The translations under genes were made by a program, and so were the position numbers. The notes under the pieces are model-generated. The model saw only the letters and a list, made by a program, of their open reading frames with translations, did no database searches and was not told the DNA's origin. From the NCBI GenBank assembly GCA_964388035.1, contig CAYLZE010000029.1, forward strand, positions 1 through 49,350: 49,350 bases of DNA, given 5' to 3'. The stretch comes from an uncultured archaeon. GTDB lineage: Archaea; Asgardarchaeota; Lokiarchaeia; Sigyniarchaeales; SOKP01. Of this stretch, positions 45,249 to 49,350 are shown piece after piece. Every line of letters starts with the position of its first letter. Positions within the stretch are counted from its first letter, which is position 1.

Positions 45249-47948
45249 TTAGTATCTAAATCGATGCTTTTTTAGGGAAACAGCTCCTTCTCTCATTCCT
45301 TTTCTCATAATTGTAGCTATTATTGTGGAAACAACGCCCATGACAGATAAAAATGCACTCATTAATATAAAAGAAGAATTTTTCGAAGAGTTTTCAATTA
45401 TATTGGGAGTACTTAATGATAATTTGAGAACATGCTCCTCGCTTGATACTGTAGAATTACCAGCATTTACAAATTTTAAAAAAACTTCTTTTGCTTGTTC
45501 TTTAAAACTGGGCAGCGAGAAATTCAAAAATAAACTCCCCTCACCATTGGTAATATAAAGATCACTTCTGAGAAGAGAACTTTCATTAAATAAGAAAACC
45601 GAAACATTTTCATTCATTAAAGGAAAGCGATGATCATGCCTATTGAGAAAGTACTTAACTTCGCCTATAATTCGGTTCTCTTGTAAAGTAATGTTGATCA
45701 CTCTGAAAACCACGTCTATTTTTCTAAGAGTGATTTCTGTGTCAAAGATGTAATTTTGATGATTAAACACGCTTGTTAAATTAAATAAAAGCAAATTTTT
45801 CCCTATATTCAAGTCTTTGGAGGATATCTCAATGGTTATTACATCGCAGTCTAAGCAAATTACATTCTTGCTGAGCCAAGTATTATCTTTAAATATTGAA
45901 ACCACTAAAGTACCATTCTTAATAGCTATTTTATCATCATTCAAATTATAATATTGAACGTGAATTATTTGCTCTTCTCCGCATTCCATGCTATCTTGAA
46001 AGGTGATTAATCGATGGGATATCAATCCTTTAAAAACATGAATAGGGAGTGTTTCGGTAATTTCTATGCATTCTCGTACTGTTTCATTCCAATATAATAA
46101 TAGCATCTGCACGCGCAATTTAATAGGATTGTAAATGCTGCAATTTAATAAAAGCCGGGAAGGAAGTGAATACGATGCCTCAATCCTGTCAGTATTCGTA
46201 TATTCCGTGCTATTCCAAATTAAATTGCCCGATATATCTTCAATAACACAAATCTGAACTGCTGGTTGAATGTTATAAGCATCATGTAGAGTCCAAGCAC
46301 AATTCAAGTTAACATTTTCTCCATAGGTATAGTTTTCCTTATTTGTCAAGAGAGAATATACCTCCACACACGATTCCACGTGAGGAAGAATATAAAACAT
46401 GCAGGTATATTCTTCTAAAAACAGATCCTCAATACATCCTTCTCCAAAACTGGAAAATAATCGAATTTTAATATAGAATTCTGTATATAATTGAGTCAAA
46501 TGCATGTCCAAATTTGTTAAATTTATCTCCCATTTCAATTCTAGGGGATAGGTCTTCCGAAATTCCGAACTATTCCATAAAAGAACATTAGTCTCATTAT
46601 ACAAGCAGACTTGGAGAAAGACATCCTCAAGGGGAGGGCTAGGAATGGGATTCATCGTCCAAGAGGCATTCACGTGCAGGCACTCCTCCGGAAAAGAAGA
46701 AGCTTTATTCATGGTAAGATAATGTACTTGAACATAAGAAGACGCAATTATTGAAATGTTGAAATTGCAAGTAAACTCCTCAAGATAGAGATCCCCTGTA
46801 TCGCTTTTCCCAAAATAATAAAAGAAGCGCAACTTAAAATAAAAGACATTCATCATTCGGGAGATTGGCAGCCCCATGCTCATCAAGTCAAATACTTCAT
46901 TCAATTCAATGGTAGTATTGTCATGATATTTCGTGCTATTCCAAATTAAATTATCCGAATTATTAAATAAGCAAAGTTGCACAAAGGCTTGAAATGGTAG
47001 GTGACTCGTGGTATAATTTAACGTCCACGAGGCGCTTAATTGAAGGTGCTCGTTAATGAAGTACTCATCCTTATCCGTTGACATGTCATGTACTTCAAGA
47101 CAAGTCAAACCTCTCTTGGACACGTTAAAGAATGTTGAATGCTGACTCAAATACAAATCGTCCGTATCATCTTCATGAAAATAATAATATAAGCGAACCA
47201 TGATGGAACAAGTGGTATTTATCTCAGTAAAAGTAAGATTTGACAGGACAATTGGTTGAACTATTTCCATCGAAGTGGGCTCGTGATATTCCGTGCTATT
47301 CCATAAAAGAGCATCGGACTCGTTAAAAAGGCAGAATTGCAGGAAGGCATCCACCAATGGTGGAGCGGGAACATAGGTTAACGTCCATGAGGCATTCAAT
47401 ATAACGGATTCATCGATGTAATATTGACCTTTATCAATCTCAAAATGGTTAATTTCCAAGCAGGACATTCCCCTTTTATGTATATTAATCTCAATGGTAT
47501 GGGATTCCAAGTAGATATTTAAATTTTCAGTAGGTTCATAGATATTAAAATAATAATACCGTATTTTCAAGTAGAGATTTATATACTCTATAGAAGGAAA
47601 AATCACCCCTAATTCCAAAATAGTGAGATTAAATTCTTTCGTTATTTCTCCCCCATCGTGATATTCTGGACCATGCCATATTAATGATTCGTCATCTTCT
47701 GGCCCTGCGGTACTGCTATTTACCAGGCATATTTGGAAAAAAGAATCCACCAAGGGAGGAGCAGGCTCATAATCAAGATATCCCGAGAAATTAAAGTAGA
47801 TCGTCTCATCAACGTAATAATCTTGCTTGTCGCTTTGAAAATAGTTGACAGCATAATCCGTGGCTCTCACGGGCCCAATGAAATTCATGCAAATACCGCT
47901 AAATAAGAAAAGTCCCAAAATGAAACTAACGATCCGAATTTTTTGCAT
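45249..47948 (-). CDS. Secreted, C-terminally anchored surface glycoprotein with five roughly 120-aa beta-rich repeats
   Basis: Signal peptide ending in VRA; repeats (D/N)K..Y...E.....ASW...Q.C.....LIWNS.EY; many NxS/T sequons; C-terminal TM plus basic tail. Confidence 0.82.
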   Translation of the reverse strand: MQKIRIVSFILGLFLFSGICMNFIGPVRATDYAVNYFQSDKQDYYVDETIYFNFSGYLDYEPAPPLVDSFFQICLVNSSTAGPEDDESLIWHGPEYHDGGEITKEFNLTILELGVIFPSIEYINLYLKIRYYYFNIYEPTENLNIYLESHTIEINIHKRGMSCLEINHFEIDKGQYYIDESVILNASWTLTYVPAPPLVDAFLQFCLFNESDALLWNSTEYHEPTSMEIVQPIVLSNLTFTEINTTCSIMVRLYYYFHEDDTDDLYLSQHSTFFNVSKRGLTCLEVHDMSTDKDEYFINEHLQLSASWTLNYTTSHLPFQAFVQLCLFNNSDNLIWNSTKYHDNTTIELNEVFDLMSMGLPISRMMNVFYFKLRFFYYFGKSDTGDLYLEEFTCNFNISIIASSYVQVHYLTMNKASSFPEECLHVNASWTMNPIPSPPLEDVFLQVCLYNETNVLLWNSSEFRKTYPLELKWEINLTNLDMHLTQLYTEFYIKIRLFSSFGEGCIEDLFLEEYTCMFYILPHVESCVEVYSLLTNKENYTYGENVNLNCAWTLHDAYNIQPAVQICVIEDISGNLIWNSTEYTNTDRIEASYSLPSRLLLNCSIYNPIKLRVQMLLLYWNETVRECIEITETLPIHVFKGLISHRLITFQDSMECGEEQIIHVQYYNLNDDKIAIKNGTLVVSIFKDNTWLSKNVICLDCDVITIEISSKDLNIGKNLLLFNLTSVFNHQNYIFDTEITLRKIDVVFRVINITLQENRIIGEVKYFLNRHDHRFPLMNENVSVFLFNESSLLRSDLYITNGEGSLFLNFSLPSFKEQAKEVFLKFVNAGNSTVSSEEHVLKLSLSTPNIIENSSKNSSFILMSAFLSVMGVVSTIIATIMRKGMREGAVSLKKHRFRY

Positions 47949-48689
47949 GCATCTCTCTTTCTACATGAAAATATATAAATTCACATATTCTTCTTCGAGG
48001 TCTCTTTTAACTAATAATCAACTAATTGCTTCTCATCGAAACTTTCTTCCCTTCTATTATTGCAAATATTTAAGAATGCATGCTTCTCACATTCATCAAA
48101 AAATTATTGGCCACGTTAATATCTGGCTTTTTTAAAAATTAATTTGATATTAAAGATTTCGCCCAAAATTTAATTCAAGCAATTTAATGTATTTACACTC
48201 GAAAATACCGACCCATCGAAATATTATTTTTATATTGAAACTATTTAAATACTTTCGAGCTTCTTCCATCCGTCCTTTATAAAGGATGGAGAATTCTAAA
48301 AAAAACTTGCCCTTTTTGAAAGTAGAACGTTGATTCTTCTTGTAAAACTCAAGTTGATCCTGCAATTCTGATTGAAATACACCCAAAAGAGTAATGGGTT
48401 GAATACGTCAAAATTCTGAAATCCGTAAATCTCCTTTACACATTTTATAATTTCTTACATCCATGAAGATAAAAAAGAATTTTGCTCGATTTTCCCCGAA
48501 TCGATTTTCATCGAGCTTCATTTATATATGGGAAGAATTTTTGATAATGCTCGAAAGAACAATCCAAAATTCACGATCCCCCTACATTGCCACTAAACTC
48601 TTTCTAATAAAAAGCACCCCAGGAAAAAGAATCTGGAGGAAAAAATATGACAAATCCTCCATGATAGTTTCGATACTTTCGGTTACCTT

Positions 48690-48767
48690 TTTAAAATCCG
48701 GAATATTCTCTGATTAATAGAAAATTATATACGCGTCATTTTTATATAGTATTATATATATATAATA
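48690..48767 (+). promoter_or_regulatory. Putative CRISPR leader (proximal part)
   Basis: Very AT-rich stretch with TATA-like tracts abutting the first repeat, on the 5' side of the ATTGAAA-ending orientation. Confidence 0.5.
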
Positions 48768-49350
48768 GTTGCTGAGAAAATAGCTTCATAAAGAAGATTG
48801 AAATACTCGGCATAAATATGGATTAACCGCAACTCCAGATCGGTTGCTGAGAAAATAGCTTCATAAAGAAGATTGAAATCATTATTATTCAAATTGGAAT
48901 GGGGACGATTCCTGCAAGGTTGCTGAGAAAATAGCTTCATAAAGAAGATTGAAATTTTATGTAATTTATGTTTTGCGGGTAGTAGGTCTCATCGTTGCTG
49001 AGAAAATAGCTTCATAAAGAAGATTGAAATTCGTCCATAATAGGGAATGTGAATGAGATTCTTTACTAATGTTGCTGAGAAAATAGCTTCATAAAGAAGA
49101 TTGAAAAAGAATTAACATTGGATAATGATTATCCTCCCAACACGGTTGCTGAGAAAATAGCTTCATAAAGAAGATTGAAATTCGTCCATAATAGGGAATG
49201 TGAATGAGATTCTTTACTAATGTTGCTGAGAAAATAGCTTCATAAAGAAGATTGAAAAAGAATTAACATTGGATAATGATTATCCTCCCAACACGGTTGC
49301 TGAGAAAATAGCTTCATAAAGAAGATTGAAATTCGTCCATAATAGGGAAT
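48768..49350 (+). CRISPR. CRISPR array, at least 8 repeats, continues past the window end
   Basis: Identical 36-nt repeat GTTGCTGAGAAAATAGCTTCATAAAGAAGATTGAAA at 48768, 48843, 48919, 48994, 49071, 49145, 49222 and 49296. Spacers are 38-41 nt. A CTTC-ATAAA-GAAG hairpin precedes ATTGAAA(N). Confidence 0.97.

Noticed and set aside
47860-48717. Short ORFs between the surface-protein gene and the array, including possible TGA read-through (selenocysteine) into 48150..48386
   Set aside because: The translations resemble no cas or selenoprotein family and no SECIS-like element was seen; probably non-coding or leader DNA.
48752-48940. 62-aa ORF with repeated FNLLYEAIFSAT
   Set aside because: It is a translation of the CRISPR repeats.

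Overview
AT-rich archaeal chromosomal segment. Gene content points to an Asgard archaeon, probably Lokiarchaeia: Rag-like and Rab-like GTPases, roadblock and longin domains, ribosomal protein L13e, an archaeosortase, MtrH and UPF0147. It holds about 40 CDS, including a multi-PAS histidine kinase, PEP synthase, an M42 peptidase, a threonine-pathway cluster with two ClC genes and a large repeat surface protein. Features missing from the ORF track are a tRNA-Pro(CGG) gene with three introns, a pseudogene of a tandem membrane-protein family, a 43-aa zinc-ribbon ORF, a partial PEBP gene and the start of a CRISPR array with tandemly duplicated spacers. The most striking region is 28.7-39.6 kb, a candidate proto-Rag signalling locus. 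It contains a divergent pair of Rag-type GTPases and a zinc-ribbon/roadblock protein. It also contains an apparently catalytically dead ATP-cone class III RNR, a longin-Rag fusion carrying a folliculin-like arginine-finger motif (IPDKKARG), a longin/winged-helix protein resembling NPRL2, and a degenerate Rab fused to a zinc-binding domain. All family calls come from motif recognition by eye and comparison with remembered reference sequences; no searches were run.
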